Part shown: positions 10,086 through 20,374 of the stretch, piece by piece
Numbering within the stretch: the first letter of the stretch is position 1
How the letters are laid out: each line of letters begins with the position of its first letter
Source of the DNA: Escherichia coli
GTDB taxonomy: Bacteria; Pseudomonadota; Gammaproteobacteria; Enterobacterales; Enterobacteriaceae
NCBI RefSeq assembly: GCF_003334815.1
Contig: NZ_QOWO01000006.1
Strand: one strand, 5' to 3'
DNA: 64,000 nucleotides
Notes under the pieces: generated by a model
The model's input: only the letters and a program-made list of their open reading frames with translations
Told to the model about the DNA's origin: nothing
Databases searched by the model: none
Translations under genes and position numbers: made by a program

Positions 10086-11280
10086 TCAAATCTGTCGTAA
10101 CTGCGCCTCAACATACAAATAGCCAATTCCCAGCACCTGTTGTGCGCGGCTTAATTGCCCAAAGCCAATTTGCGTCGCTTTCACGCTCGGTCCTTCGTCG
10201 CGGTCGAACGGGTTAAATCCTGTCTGGCGAATAATAGTATTAAGCCAGTTCTCACCAAAGGCACAACTGCGACCGTACAACCAAATCTGATTAATATTGA
10301 GGATGTTGAGGAAGTTATACAGACTCAAACCAATGGCATTGGCAGAGCGATCAACCCAGCTGGTGATCCACGGTTCTCCACTTTGCCAGGCAGCGATTAA
10401 CTGCGCTGTAGTCAGTTTTTCAGGATCAAGTTGAGTACTAACCGGTTGTGATTTTAGCCATACCCGCGCCTGTTTTTTTAATGCGCTTAACGAGGCGACG
10501 GTTTCCAGGCAGCCATAACGTCCACAGTCGCAGACGACGCCATCCGGATTAACGATGGTGTGACCAATCTGTCCGCTACCATACAAACTGCCGCGATAAA
10601 TTTGCTCGTTAATCACGAACGACGAGCCAATGCCGTAATCAACGTTGATCACGCAGAAATCCCGTTCCTGCGAATTATTTTGCCATTTCTCCGCCAGCGC
10701 CAGCATCACGCAGTCATTATCGACCATCACCCGAATGCCGAGCTTCTCTTCCAGCAGATATTTCACCTCCACCGGCGTTGTCCACGGCGCTTGCGGCATG
10801 GTTTGCGACACGCCGGTCACAGGATCAACCTGACCGTGGATTGCCAACGCCAGGTTGATGGTATGGTCCGGCCACAATTTACGGTGGCGATGCCAGCATT
10901 TTTTCGATTTCGGACAGCAGCGCCTGCGGCGTCGGTGCATCAATCTGTAAATACTCAAATTCACCTTTCGGACTTAAACAAGCATTAGCAACCTGACACT
11001 CAATACTGGTGGGCGTCACGTTCAGGCACAGCGTCCAGTCACCTTCCGGCGCAATCAGCCATGTACCGCTACTATGCCCGCGCGTCTGGCTTTCATCGTC
11101 AATATTCACCACCCGTTTTTCGCTTTCCAGTTCCTGCAAAATATTACTGACTGCCGGAATCGAAATTTGCGCCAGCCGGGCCAGCGTTGATTTATTGGCG
11201 CGCTTTTGCCGGTACAGCAGTTCCAGAATCACGCATTTGTTATGGTGGCGAATCTGTTGATTATTAATGCAGGCTCTCAT
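10086..11280 (-). pseudogene. yphH: ROK-family (NagC/XylR-like) transcriptional regulator, reading frame interrupted by an apparent +1 frameshift near 10879-10890
   Basis: Two overlapping minus-strand ORFs in different frames (10879..11286 N-terminal HTH part; 10086..10964 C-terminal ROK sugar-kinase fold); the span is one nt longer than an intact 397-codon gene. Confidence 0.5.
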
Positions 11281-11397
11281 CTTCACTAAACCTTGTTTAG
11301 TTAATTGCGTGATTATTCCGCGAAAACATTGCCAGATTGTTCAATACACTGCCACAAATCTTTTAATTCAGTATGTCTTGTTAATATTGAGGGCACC

Positions 11398-14300
11398 ATG
11401 ACTCCAGTAAAAGTGTGGCAAGAGCGCGTTGAGATCCCGACCTATGAAACCGGGCCGCAGGATATACATCCCATGTTCCTGGAAAATCGCGTTTATCAGG
11501 GATCGTCCGGCGCGGTTTATCCCTACGGCGTGACCGATACGCTGAGCGAGCAGAAAACCCTGAAATCCTGGCAGGCGGTGTGGCTGGAAAACGACTACAT
11601 CAAAGTGATGATCCTGCCGGAACTGGGCGGTCGGGTGCATCGCGCGTGGGATAAAGTGAAACAGCGCGATTTTGTTTATCACAATGAAGTCATTAAACCT
11701 GCGCTGGTGGGGCTGCTGGGGCCGTGGATTTCCGGTGGGATTGAGTTTAACTGGCCGCAACATCATCGCCCGACCACCTTTATGCCCGTTGATTTCACCC
11801 TCGAAGCCCATGAAGACGGTGCACAGACGGTGTGGGTAGGCGAAACGGAGCCGATGCATGGTTTACAGGTGATGACAGGTTTCACCCTGCGCCCTGACCG
11901 GGCGGCGCTGGAAATCGCCAGCCGCGTCTATAACGGGAACGCCACGCCGCGTCATTTCTTGTGGTGGGCCAACCCGGCAGTGAAAGGGGGGGAAGGGCAT
12001 CAGAGCGTCTTCCCGCCGGATGTAACGGCGGTGTTTGATCACGGCAAACGGGCCGTCTCCGCTTTCCCCATCGCTACCGGCACTTACTACAAAGTGGACT
12101 ACTCCGCTGGAGTGGACATTTCTCGCTATAAAAATGTGCCTGTTCCAACCTCATATATGGCCGAAAAATCGCAGTACGATTTTGTCGGCGCGTGGTGTCA
12201 CGATGAAGATGGCGGTTTGCTGCACGTTGCCAACCACCATATTGCGCCAGGTAAAAAACAGTGGAGTTGGGGACACAGTGAATTTGGCCAGGCGTGGGAT
12301 AAGAGTCTGACCGACAATAACGGCCCGTATATCGAACTGATGACCGGTATTTTTGCCGATAACCAGCCCGATTTTACCTGGCTTGATGCTTACGAAGAGA
12401 AGCGTTTTGAGCAGTATTTCCTGCCTTATCATTCTTTGGGCATGGTGCAAAATGCCTCCCGCGATGCGGTGATAAAACTCCAGCGTAGTAAGCGGGGGAT
12501 TGAGTGGGGGCTGTATGCCATCTCTCCGTTGAACGGATACCGCCTGGCGATCCGCGAAATCGGTAAATGCAACGCGTTACTTGATGATGCCGTGGCACTG
12601 ATGCCTGCGACCGCCATCCAGGGCGTGTTGCACGGTATCAATCCTGAAAGGCTGACCATTGAGCTCTCCGATGCCGACGGCAATATTGTACTGAGTTATC
12701 AGGAACATCAGCCGCAAGCGTTGCCGTTACCGGACGTCGCCAAAGCGCCACTGGCAGCACAAGACATTACCAGTACAGATGAAGCCTGGTTTATCGGTCA
12801 GCATCTGGAGCAATATCATCACGCCAGCCGTTCACCGTTCGATTACTACCTGCGCGGCGTGGCGCTGGACCCGCTGGATTATCGCTGTAACCTGGCGCTG
12901 GCGATGCTGGAATATAACCGCGCAGATTTCCCGCAAGCGGTGGCGTATGCCACTCAGGCTCTGAAACGCGCACATTCGCTGAACAAAAATCCGCAGTGCG
13001 GACAGGCGAGTTTGATTCGCGCCAGTGCTTACGAACGTCAGGGACAATATCAACAAGCCGAAGAGGATTTCTGGCGTGCGGTCTGGAGCGGCAACAGCAA
13101 AGCCGGTGGCTATTATGGCCTGGCACGACTGGCGGCGCGTAATGGTAACTTCGACGCTGGTCTGGATTTTTGCCAACAAAGTCTTCGCGCCTGCCCAACC
13201 AATCAGGAAGTGCTTTGCCTGCATAATCTGCTGCTGGTGTTAAGTGGTCGTCAGGACAACGCGCGTGTGCAGCGCGAGAAACTGCTGCGCGATTATCCGC
13301 TGAACGCCACTCTGTGGTGGCTGAACTGGTTCGATGGTCGTAGCGAATCAGCTCTCGCGCAGTGGCGCGGTCTGTGTCAGGGACGCGACGTTAACGCCCT
13401 GATGACCGCCGGGCAACTGATTAACTGGGGAATGCCCACCCTGGCGGCAGAGATGCTGAACGCACTGGACTGCCAGCGCACGCTGCCGCTTTACCTGCAA
13501 GCCAGCTTGCTGCCGAAAGCCGAACGTGGCGAACTGGTCGCAAAAGCCATTGATGTCTTCCCGCAGTTTGTCCGTTTCCCGAATACGCTGGAAGAAGTGG
13601 CGGCGCTGGAGAGTATTGAAGAGTGCTGGTTTGCTCGCCATTTACTAGCTTGCTTCTACTACAACAAACGTAGCTACAACAAAGCCATTGCCTTTTGGCA
13701 ACGTTGCGTAGAGATGTCGCCGGAGTTTGCCGACGGCTGGCGCGGGTTAGCGATCCATGCGTGGAATAAGCAACACGATTATGAGCTGGCCGCGCGTTAT
13801 CTTGATAATGCTTATCAGCTTGCGCCGCAGGATGCACGTCTGCTTTTCGAACGGGATTTGCTGGATAAGTTAAGTGGAGCCACACCGGAGAAACGACTGG
13901 CGCGTCTGGAAAATAATCTGGAAATTGCGCTGAAACGCGACGACATGACCGCAGAACTGCTCAATTTGTGGCATCTCACGGGTCAGGCAGACAAAGCGGC
14001 GGACATTCTCGCCACGCGCAAATTCCACCCGTGGGAAGGCGGGGAAGGGAAGGTCACCAGTCAGTTTATCCTCAACCAGTTATTACGCGCCTGGCAGCAT
14101 CTTGATGCCAGACAGCCGCAGCAGGCCTGCGAACTGCTTCATGCCGCGCTGCATTATCCGGAGAATTTAAGCGAAGGCCGTTTACCGGGGCAAACTGATA
14201 ACGACATCTGGTTCTGGCAGGCGATATGCGCCAACGCGCAGGGCGATGAAACTGAAGCGACGCGTTGTTTACGTCTGGCGGCGACCGGCGATCGCACTAT

Positions 14301-14679
14301 TAACATTCACAGTTATTACAACGATCAGCCGGTTGATTATCTCTTCTGGCAAGGGATGGCGCTGCGACTGCTGGGCGAACAACAAACCGCACAGCAACTG
14401 TTTAGTGAAATGAAACAGTGGGCGCAAGAGATGGCGAAAACCAGTATCGAAGCGGATTTCTTTGCCGTCTCGCAACCTGACTTGTTGTCGCTGTATGGCG
14501 ATTTACAACAGCAGCATAAAGAAAAATGCCTGATGGTGGCGATGCTGGCGTCCGCGGGACTCGGGGAGGTTGCGCAATATGAGTCTGCTCGCGCTGAATT
14601 GACGGCGATTAATCCGGCTTGGCCGAAAGCGGCATTATTCACCACCGTGATGCCTTTTATTTTTAACCGCGTTCACTAA
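11398..14679 (+). CDS. yphG: large conserved protein of unknown function with C-terminal TPR-like repeats, 1093 aa
   Basis: Track ORF 11305..14679; start chosen at ATG 11398 preceded by GAGGG RBS; C-terminal half shows repeated TPR-like helical pattern. Confidence 0.85.
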   Translation: MTPVKVWQERVEIPTYETGPQDIHPMFLENRVYQGSSGAVYPYGVTDTLSEQKTLKSWQAVWLENDYIKVMILPELGGRVHRAWDKVKQRDFVYHNEVIKPALVGLLGPWISGGIEFNWPQHHRPTTFMPVDFTLEAHEDGAQTVWVGETEPMHGLQVMTGFTLRPDRAALEIASRVYNGNATPRHFLWWANPAVKGGEGHQSVFPPDVTAVFDHGKRAVSAFPIATGTYYKVDYSAGVDISRYKNVPVPTSYMAEKSQYDFVGAWCHDEDGGLLHVANHHIAPGKKQWSWGHSEFGQAWDKSLTDNNGPYIELMTGIFADNQPDFTWLDAYEEKRFEQYFLPYHSLGMVQNASRDAVIKLQRSKRGIEWGLYAISPLNGYRLAIREIGKCNALLDDAVALMPATAIQGVLHGINPERLTIELSDADGNIVLSYQEHQPQALPLPDVAKAPLAAQDITSTDEAWFIGQHLEQYHHASRSPFDYYLRGVALDPLDYRCNLALAMLEYNRADFPQAVAYATQALKRAHSLNKNPQCGQASLIRASAYERQGQYQQAEEDFWRAVWSGNSKAGGYYGLARLAARNGNFDAGLDFCQQSLRACPTNQEVLCLHNLLLVLSGRQDNARVQREKLLRDYPLNATLWWLNWFDGRSESALAQWRGLCQGRDVNALMTAGQLINWGMPTLAAEMLNALDCQRTLPLYLQASLLPKAERGELVAKAIDVFPQFVRFPNTLEEVAALESIEECWFARHLLACFYYNKRSYNKAIAFWQRCVEMSPEFADGWRGLAIHAWNKQHDYELAARYLDNAYQLAPQDARLLFERDLLDKLSGATPEKRLARLENNLEIALKRDDMTAELLNLWHLTGQADKAADILATRKFHPWEGGEGKVTSQFILNQLLRAWQHLDARQPQQACELLHAALHYPENLSEGRLPGQTDNDIWFWQAICANAQGDETEATRCLRLAATGDRTINIHSYYNDQPVDYLFWQGMALRLLGEQQTAQQLFSEMKQWAQEMAKTSIEADFFAVSQPDLLSLYGDLQQQHKEKCLMVAMLASAGLGEVAQYESARAELTAINPAWPKAALFTTVMPFIFNRVH

Positions 14680-14775
14680 ACCCTATTAACTGTAATATTT
14701 GAGCGGCACGCGCTGCCGCTCATCACAAAATAATTAGAATAAGCCGTTGTTAATAAAAACCCTACAGGAGGCTCT

Positions 14776-15759
14776 ATGCCTACAAAAATGAGAACAACCC
14801 GTAATCTATTATTAATGGCTACGCTATTAGGTAGCGCACTATTTGCCAGGGCTGCGGAAAAAGAAATGACCATTGGCGCAATATACCTTGATACTCAGGG
14901 ATACTACGCTGGAGTGCGTCAGGGCGTTCAGGATGCGGCAAAAGATTCCTCAGTACAAGTTCAGTTAATAGAAACTAACGCCCAGGGTGATATTTCGAAA
15001 GAAAGTACCTTTGTTGATACCCTCGTGGCGCGTAATGTCGATGCCATTATTTTATCGGCAGTGTCTGAAAATGGCAGTAGCCGTACCGTTCGTCGCGCCA
15101 GTGAAGCGGGCATTCCGGTGATTTGCTACAACACCTGTATTAATCAAAAGGGGGTCGATAAATATGTCTCGGCGTATCTGGTCGGCGATCCGCTGGAATT
15201 TGGTAAAAAACTGGGTAACGCTGCCGCTGATTATTTTATTGCCAATAAAATTGACCAGCCGAAAATTGCCGTCATCAATTGCGAAGCCTTTGAAGTTTGT
15301 GTGCAGCGACGTAAAGGATTTGAAGAAGTTTTAAAATCCCGCGTTCCCGGCGCGCAAATTGTCGCTAATCAGGAAGGGACTGTTTTAGATAAAGCGATTT
15401 CCGTTGGTGAAAAACTAATTATCTCCACGCCGGATCTCAACGCCATTATGGGGGAATCGGGCGGTGCGACACTCGGCGCGGTAAAAGCGGTACGTAATCA
15501 AAATCAGGCCGGAAAAATTGCTGTTTTCGGTTCGGATATGACAACCGAAATTGCTCAGGAGCTGGAAAACAATCAGGTGCTGAAAGCGGTAGTGGATATT
15601 TCCGGTAAGAAAATGGGCAATGCTGTTTTCGCGCAAACATTGAAGGTTATCAATAAACAAGCCGACGGTGAAAAAGTGATTCAGGTGCCTATCGATCTCT
15701 ATACCAAAACGGAAGACGGTAAACAGTGGCTGGCAACGCACGTTGATGGTCTGCCCTAA
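14776..15759 (+). CDS. yphF: ABC transporter periplasmic sugar-binding protein (ribose/LacI-type fold), 327 aa
   Basis: 327-aa ORF with N-terminal signal peptide (LLLMATLLGSALFARA) and periplasmic binding protein family-1 features. Confidence 0.9.
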   Translation: MPTKMRTTRNLLLMATLLGSALFARAAEKEMTIGAIYLDTQGYYAGVRQGVQDAAKDSSVQVQLIETNAQGDISKESTFVDTLVARNVDAIILSAVSENGSSRTVRRASEAGIPVICYNTCINQKGVDKYVSAYLVGDPLEFGKKLGNAAADYFIANKIDQPKIAVINCEAFEVCVQRRKGFEEVLKSRVPGAQIVANQEGTVLDKAISVGEKLIISTPDLNAIMGESGGATLGAVKAVRNQNQAGKIAVFGSDMTTEIAQELENNQVLKAVVDISGKKMGNAVFAQTLKVINKQADGEKVIQVPIDLYTKTEDGKQWLATHVDGLP

Positions 15760-15781
15760 TCGCTGATTCGCAGAGGTCCCT

Positions 15782-17293
15782 ATGTTCACGGCAACAGAGG
15801 CAGTCCCGGTAGCAAAAGTGGTGGCAGGAAATAAGCGTTATCCCGGCGTCGTTGCGCTGGATAACGTTAACTTCACGCTCAATAAAGGCGAAGTTCGTGC
15901 GCTGTTAGGTAAAAACGGCGCGGGCAAATCGACTCTCATTCGAATGCTTACCGGCAGCGAACGCCCGGATAGCGGTGATATCTGGATTGGCGAGACGCGA
16001 CTGGAAGGTGACGAAGCTACGCTGACTCGCCGTGCCGCTGAACTGGGGGTGCGCGCGGTTTATCAGGAGTTAAGTCTGGTGGAAGGGCTGACAGTGGCGG
16101 AAAACCTCTGCCTCGGTCAGTGGCCCCGCCGCAACGGCATGATTGATTACCTGCAAATGGCGCAGGATGCCCAACGTTGCTTACAGGCGCTGGGCGTTGA
16201 CGTTAGTCCTGAACAACTTGTTTCAACGCTAAGCCCGGCGCAAAAGCAGCTGGTGGAAATTGCGCGGGTGATGAAGGGCGAGCCGCGCGTGGTCATTCTT
16301 GATGAACCTACCAGTTCGCTTGCGAGTGCGGAAGTTGAACTGGTGATCAGCGCGGTGAAAAAGATGTCGGCACTGGGCGTGGCGGTGATTTATGTCAGCC
16401 ACCGGATGGAAGAAATTCGCCGCATTGCCTCCTGTGCCACCGTTATGCGCGATGGTCAGGTGGCGGGCGATGTGATGCTCGAAAACACCTCCACGCATCA
16501 TATTGTGTCGCTGATGCTCGGGCGCGATCACGTTGATATTGCGCCGGTAGCCCCTCAGGAAATTGTGGATCAGGCCGTGCTGGAAGTCCGTGCGTTACGC
16601 CATAAGCCCAAGCTGGAGGATATCAGTTTTACGCTACGTCGTGGCGAAGTGCTCGGCATTGCTGGTCTGCTGGGGGCAGGGCGCAGTGAATTGCTGAAGG
16701 CGATTGTTGGGCTGGAGGAGTATGAACAGGGCGAAATTGTTATCAACGGCGAGAAAATCACGCGCCCCGATTACGGCGACATGCTGAAACGCGGCATTGG
16801 CTATACGCCAGAAAACCGCAAAGAAGCGGGGATCATTCCCTGGTTGGGCGTTGACGAAAATACAGTGCTGACCAATCGGCAAAAAATCAGCGCCAACGGT
16901 GTGCTGCAATGGTCCACCATCCGCCGCCTGACCGAAGAGGTGATGCAGCGGATGACGGTCAAGGCCGCCAGTAGCGAAACACCCATCGGCACGCTTTCTG
17001 GTGGCAATCAGCAAAAAGTGGTGATCGGTCGTTGGGTCTATGCTGCCAGCCAGATTTTGTTGCTCGACGAGCCAACGCGCGGCGTCGATATCGAAGCCAA
17101 ACAGCAGATTTACCGTATTGTCCGTGAGCTGGCTGCCGAAGGAAAAAGCGTGGTGTTTATCTCCAGTGAAGTGGAGGAGTTGCCGCTGGTGTGTGACCGC
17201 ATCCTGTTATTACAGCACGGCACGTTCTCGCAGGAGTTTCACGCTCCGGTCAATGTGGATGAGCTGATGTCCGCCATTCTGTCTGTGCACTGA
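15782..17293 (+). CDS. yphE: ABC transporter ATP-binding protein with duplicated ATPase domains, 503 aa
   Basis: Walker A GKNGAGKST, signature LSGGNQQK and Walker B LLLDEPT motifs; two-domain sugar ABC ATPase architecture. Confidence 0.92.
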   Translation: MFTATEAVPVAKVVAGNKRYPGVVALDNVNFTLNKGEVRALLGKNGAGKSTLIRMLTGSERPDSGDIWIGETRLEGDEATLTRRAAELGVRAVYQELSLVEGLTVAENLCLGQWPRRNGMIDYLQMAQDAQRCLQALGVDVSPEQLVSTLSPAQKQLVEIARVMKGEPRVVILDEPTSSLASAEVELVISAVKKMSALGVAVIYVSHRMEEIRRIASCATVMRDGQVAGDVMLENTSTHHIVSLMLGRDHVDIAPVAPQEIVDQAVLEVRALRHKPKLEDISFTLRRGEVLGIAGLLGAGRSELLKAIVGLEEYEQGEIVINGEKITRPDYGDMLKRGIGYTPENRKEAGIIPWLGVDENTVLTNRQKISANGVLQWSTIRRLTEEVMQRMTVKAASSETPIGTLSGGNQQKVVIGRWVYAASQILLLDEPTRGVDIEAKQQIYRIVRELAAEGKSVVFISSEVEELPLVCDRILLLQHGTFSQEFHAPVNVDELMSAILSVH

Positions 17294-17317
17294 TGAATTT
17301 TACCGAGGAACCTGAAG

Positions 17318-18316
17318 ATGTCTGCTTCGTCATTACCATTGCCGCAGGGCAAGAGCGTCTCGCTCAAACAATTTGTCAGTCGCCATATTAATGAGATCGG
17401 TTTGCTGGTGGTGATTGCCATTCTTTATCTGGTCTTCTCCCTGAACGCGCCTGGCTTTATCTCATTGAATAACCAGATGAACGTGCTGCGCGATGCCGCC
17501 ACCATTGGGATTGCCGCCTGGGCGATGACGCTGATTATTATCTCCGGTGAAATTGATGTCAGCGTTGGGCCGATGGTGGCTTTTGTCTCGGTGTGCCTGG
17601 CATTTTTGCTGCAATTTGAAGTTCCGCTGGCGGTGGCGTGCCTGCTGGTGTTGCTGTTAGGCGCGCTGATGGGAACGCTGGCCGGGGTGCTGCGCGGCGT
17701 GTTTAATGTACCAAGTTTCGTTGCCACACTGGGGCTGTGGAGCGCCCTGCGCGGAATGGGGCTGTTTATGACGAACGCACTGCCAGTGCCGATTGATGAA
17801 AACGAGGTGCTGGACTGGCTGGGCGGACAATTTCTCGGTGTGCCGGTATCCGCGCTGATCATGATTGTGTTGTTTGCGCTGTTTGTGTTCATCAGCCGCA
17901 AAACCGCCTTCGGGCGCTCGGTTTTTGCCGTTGGCGGTAATGCTACGGCGGCGCAGTTGTGCGGCATCAACGTTCGTCGGGTGCGCATTCTTATCTTTAC
18001 CCTTTCGGGATTATTAGCGGCGGTGACCGGCATTTTGTTGGCGGCGCGCCTCGGTTCTGGTAACGCAGGTGCCGCAAACGGTCTGGAGTTTGACGTCATC
18101 GCCGCGGTCGTGGTCGGCGGTACGGCACTTTCCGGCGGTCGCGGTTCCCTGTTCGGTACATTGCTTGGTGTGCTGGTGATTACGCTAATCGGTAACGGTC
18201 TGGTGCTGCTCGGTATTAACTCCTTTTTCCAGCAGGTGGTACGCGGCGTCATCATCGTGGTGGCGGTGCTGGCGAATATCTTGCTGACCCAGCGAAGCAG
18301 TAAAGCGAAACGCTAA
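17318..18316 (+). CDS. yphD: ABC transporter permease (ribose/xylose-type), 332 aa
   Basis: Highly hydrophobic multi-TM ORF directly after the ATPase gene. Confidence 0.9.
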   Translation: MSASSLPLPQGKSVSLKQFVSRHINEIGLLVVIAILYLVFSLNAPGFISLNNQMNVLRDAATIGIAAWAMTLIIISGEIDVSVGPMVAFVSVCLAFLLQFEVPLAVACLLVLLLGALMGTLAGVLRGVFNVPSFVATLGLWSALRGMGLFMTNALPVPIDENEVLDWLGGQFLGVPVSALIMIVLFALFVFISRKTAFGRSVFAVGGNATAAQLCGINVRRVRILIFTLSGLLAAVTGILLAARLGSGNAGAANGLEFDVIAAVVVGGTALSGGRGSLFGTLLGVLVITLIGNGLVLLGINSFFQQVVRGVIIVVAVLANILLTQRSSKAKR

Positions 18317-18381
18317 ACCTTAACGCCCCTGGCGCGGGTGCGGCAGGGATGAAAATTAATCGTATTGTTAATGAGGGATTT

Positions 18382-19443
18382 ATGAAAACGATGCTGGCAG
18401 CTTATTTACCAGGAAATTCGACCGTCGATCTGCGGGAAGTTGCGGTGCCGACGCCGGGGATTAACCAGGTACTGATCAAAATGAAATCCTCCGGGATTTG
18501 CGGAAGCGATGTCCACTATATCTATCATCAACACCGTGCCACAGCGGCGGCACCCGATAAACCGTTATACCAGGGCTTTATCAACGGTCATGAACCGTGC
18601 GGGCAGATTGTGGCGATGGGGCAAGGCTGCCGCCATTTTAAAGAGGGCGACCGCGTGCTGGTGTATCACATTTCTGGCTGTGGTTTTTGCCCGAACTGCC
18701 GTCGCGGTTTTCCTATTTCTTGTACTGGCGAAGGAAAAGCGGCTTACGGCTGGCAGCGTGACGGCGGTCATGCCGAATACTTGCTGGCGGAAGAAAAAGA
18801 TCTGATCCTCCTGCCGGATGCGCTGAGCTACGAAGATGGTGCGTTTATCAGTTGCGGCGTTGGTACAGCGTATGAAGGAATTTTGCGCGGCGAAGTTTCC
18901 GGCAGTGATAACGTGCTGGTGGTCGGTCTGGGGCCAGTCGGCATGATGGCGATGATGCTGGCGAAAGGTCGCGGTGCAAAACGGATCATCGGCGTTGATA
19001 TGCTGCCGGAACGTCTGGCGATGGCAAAACAGTTAGGGGTGATGGATCACGGCTATTTAGCAACCACCGAAGGTCTGCCGCAGATTATCGCCGAACTCAC
19101 CCACGGTGGCGCGGATGTTGCGCTCGATTGTTCCGGTAATGCCGCAGGTCGCTTGCTGGCACTGCAATCCACCGCTGACTGGGGACGGGTGGTTTACATT
19201 GGTGAAACCGGAAAAGTGGAATTCGAGGTCAGCGCCGATCTGATGCACCATCAACGGCGGATTATCGGCTCCTGGGTGACCAGTCTGTTCCATATGGAAA
19301 AATGCGCCCATGATCTGACGGACTGGAAGCTGTGGCCGCGTAACGCCATTACCCATCGCTTCTCGCTGGAACAGGCAGGTGATGCCTATGCGCTGATGGC
19401 GAGCGGCAAATGCGGGAAAGTTGTGATTAACTTCCCGGATTAA
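18382..19443 (+). CDS. yphC: zinc-dependent alcohol/polyol dehydrogenase (MDR family), 353 aa
   Basis: Track ORF 18349..19443; start MKTMLAAY; catalytic-zinc motif GICGSDVHY and structural Cys cluster CGFCPNCRRG; Rossmann VVGLGPVG. Confidence 0.88.
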   Translation: MKTMLAAYLPGNSTVDLREVAVPTPGINQVLIKMKSSGICGSDVHYIYHQHRATAAAPDKPLYQGFINGHEPCGQIVAMGQGCRHFKEGDRVLVYHISGCGFCPNCRRGFPISCTGEGKAAYGWQRDGGHAEYLLAEEKDLILLPDALSYEDGAFISCGVGTAYEGILRGEVSGSDNVLVVGLGPVGMMAMMLAKGRGAKRIIGVDMLPERLAMAKQLGVMDHGYLATTEGLPQIIAELTHGGADVALDCSGNAAGRLLALQSTADWGRVVYIGETGKVEFEVSADLMHHQRRIIGSWVTSLFHMEKCAHDLTDWKLWPRNAITHRFSLEQAGDAYALMASGKCGKVVINFPD

Positions 19444-19454
19444 GGAGTTAGCGG

Positions 19455-20327
19455 ATGACCATCTATACCTTATCCCACGGGTCGCTAAAGCTGGACGTTT
19501 CTGACCAGGGCGGCGTAATCGAAGGCTTCTGGCGCGATACGACGCCGCTCTTACGTCCTGGTAAAAAAAGCGGTGTGGCAACCGATGCCTCATGTTTTCC
19601 GCTGGTGCCATTTGCAAACCGGGTGAGCGGCAATCGTTTTGTCTGGCAGGGGCGTGAGTATCAACTGCAACCGAATGTTGAGTGGGATGCGCACTATCTA
19701 CACGGCGATGGCTGGCTGGGCGAGTGGCAATGTGTCTCGCACAGCGATGATAGTTTGTGTCTGGTGTATGAACATCGCAGCGGTGTCTATCACTATCGGG
19801 TAAGTCAGGCGTTTCATTTAACGGCGGATACGCTGACGGTGACGCTCTCTGTCACCAATCAAGGGGCAGAGACGCTGCCATTTGGTACCGGCTGGCATCC
19901 TTATTTTCCGTTGTCGCCGCAAACGCGGATTCAGGCACAGGCGAGCGGTTACTGGCTGGAGCGGGAGCAGTGGCTGGCGGGTGAGTTTTGCGAGCAGCTA
20001 CCGCAGGAACTGGATTTTAACCAGCCCGCGCCGTTGCCGCGCCAGTGGGTGAACAATGGTTTTGCCGGATGGAATGGTCAGGCCCGCATCGAGCAGCCGC
20101 AGGAAGGTTATGCCATCATCATGGAAACGATGCCACCTGCACCGTGTTATTTCATCTTTGTTTCCGACCCTGCGTTTGATAAAGGATATGCGTTTGATTT
20201 CTTCTGTCTGGAACCGATGAGCCATGCGCCGGATGATCATCATCGCCCGGAAGGGGGTGATCTCATTGCGCTAGCACCAGGGGAATCAACAACTTCAGAG
20301 ATGTCGTTGCGGGTAGAGTGGCTGTAA
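19455..20327 (+). CDS. yphB: aldose 1-epimerase (mutarotase)-like protein, 290 aa
   Basis: 290-aa ORF with mutarotase-family character, adjacent to the sugar ABC transporter. Confidence 0.85.
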   Translation: MTIYTLSHGSLKLDVSDQGGVIEGFWRDTTPLLRPGKKSGVATDASCFPLVPFANRVSGNRFVWQGREYQLQPNVEWDAHYLHGDGWLGEWQCVSHSDDSLCLVYEHRSGVYHYRVSQAFHLTADTLTVTLSVTNQGAETLPFGTGWHPYFPLSPQTRIQAQASGYWLEREQWLAGEFCEQLPQELDFNQPAPLPRQWVNNGFAGWNGQARIEQPQEGYAIIMETMPPAPCYFIFVSDPAFDKGYAFDFFCLEPMSHAPDDHHRPEGGDLIALAPGESTTSEMSLRVEWL

Positions 20328-20336
20328 TTTATTAAA

Positions 20337-20369
20337 TGCCGGATAAGGCGTTCACGCCGCATCCGGCAT
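20337..20369. repeat. REP element
   Basis: GCCGGATAAGGCGTTCACGCCGCATCCGGCATC palindromic unit between convergent yphB and yphA. Confidence 0.85.
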
Positions 20370-20374
20370 CTTTC

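Noticed and set aside
14701-14722. Hairpin GAGCGGCA-CGCG-TGCCGCTC after yphG considered as a terminator
   Set aside because: No T-tract follows and yphF starts 54 bp later with co-directional operon-like spacing; more likely an mRNA stability or processing element, not called.
17425-18255. 276-aa minus-strand ORF antisense to yphD
   Set aside because: Pro/Ser/Thr/Ala-rich low-complexity translation; the sense strand encodes a typical ABC permease.
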